A stretch of 24,000 nt of DNA, taken from Takakia lepidozioides (taxonomy: Eukaryota; Plantae; Bryophyta). The stretch spans positions 1 through 24,000 of the forward strand of contig JAKLZA010000268.1 of NCBI GenBank assembly GCA_030704615.1. The letters run 5' to 3'. Numbering within the stretch: position 1 is the first letter of the stretch; each line of letters begins with the position of its first letter. Below the pieces are notes generated by a model. That model made no database searches. It was not told the origin of the DNA and saw only the letters and a program-made list of their open reading frames with translations. The position numbers were made by a program, and so were the translations under genes. Below, one piece after another: positions 23,660-24,000 of the stretch.

Positions 23660-24000
23660 TTAATGCAATGTGTCAGGAATGTGTCCGCCTCATTCTGAGA
23701 GAGGCTGCACCCGGGTGCAACAGGCCAAACGCCCGGAGGCTCCGGCATTCTCGTAATCCCGTACTTGGGCTTGCCAAATACACAGGTCATTATGTCGTGC
23801 CTACAGAACCAAAATGTCTGCGTTGTGGCGTAAGCAATGTGGGAGTCAAAAATATGCCGCTGAAATAAGGTGCAGGTACAGCACCGTGTGGGTTCCTCCG
23901 AATCATCTCACCACAGCGTGCTCTCGTATCCACCCGGATGGCGCAGCACTTCCCTCGAAATGCCGGCAATGTCCTCGCAATTCTCTATTGTGACTCCGAC

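Overview
This window contains no recognisable protein, rRNA or tRNA gene. It is almost entirely two adjacent tandem arrays. Family A (about 1-13935) is a head-to-tail repeat of a 2,942-bp unit: about three near-complete copies plus partial ones, increasingly indel-ridden to the right. Family B (about 14083-23540) is a head-to-tail repeat of a ~3.4-kb unit. It is a diverged, colinear homologue of A on the opposite strand, by eye roughly 80% identical in the best blocks and hard to align elsewhere. Both units share the same layout: a ~70-nt stem-loop, a CT/GA tract, a cluster of CATCC/GGATG motifs, a CpG-rich patch in otherwise CpG-poor DNA, and a subrepeat module that is expanded in B. Several internal duplications carry identical errors and end at identical breakpoints, so copy number and junctions are probably long-read assembly artefacts. 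The most interesting reading is that A and B are two related small cryptic elements of a eukaryote (circles read as concatemers, or macrosatellite/transposon-derived units), possibly with a cryptic reading frame in which TAA/TAG are not stops. Both points are unproven inference. The last ~460 bp is unrelated sequence.
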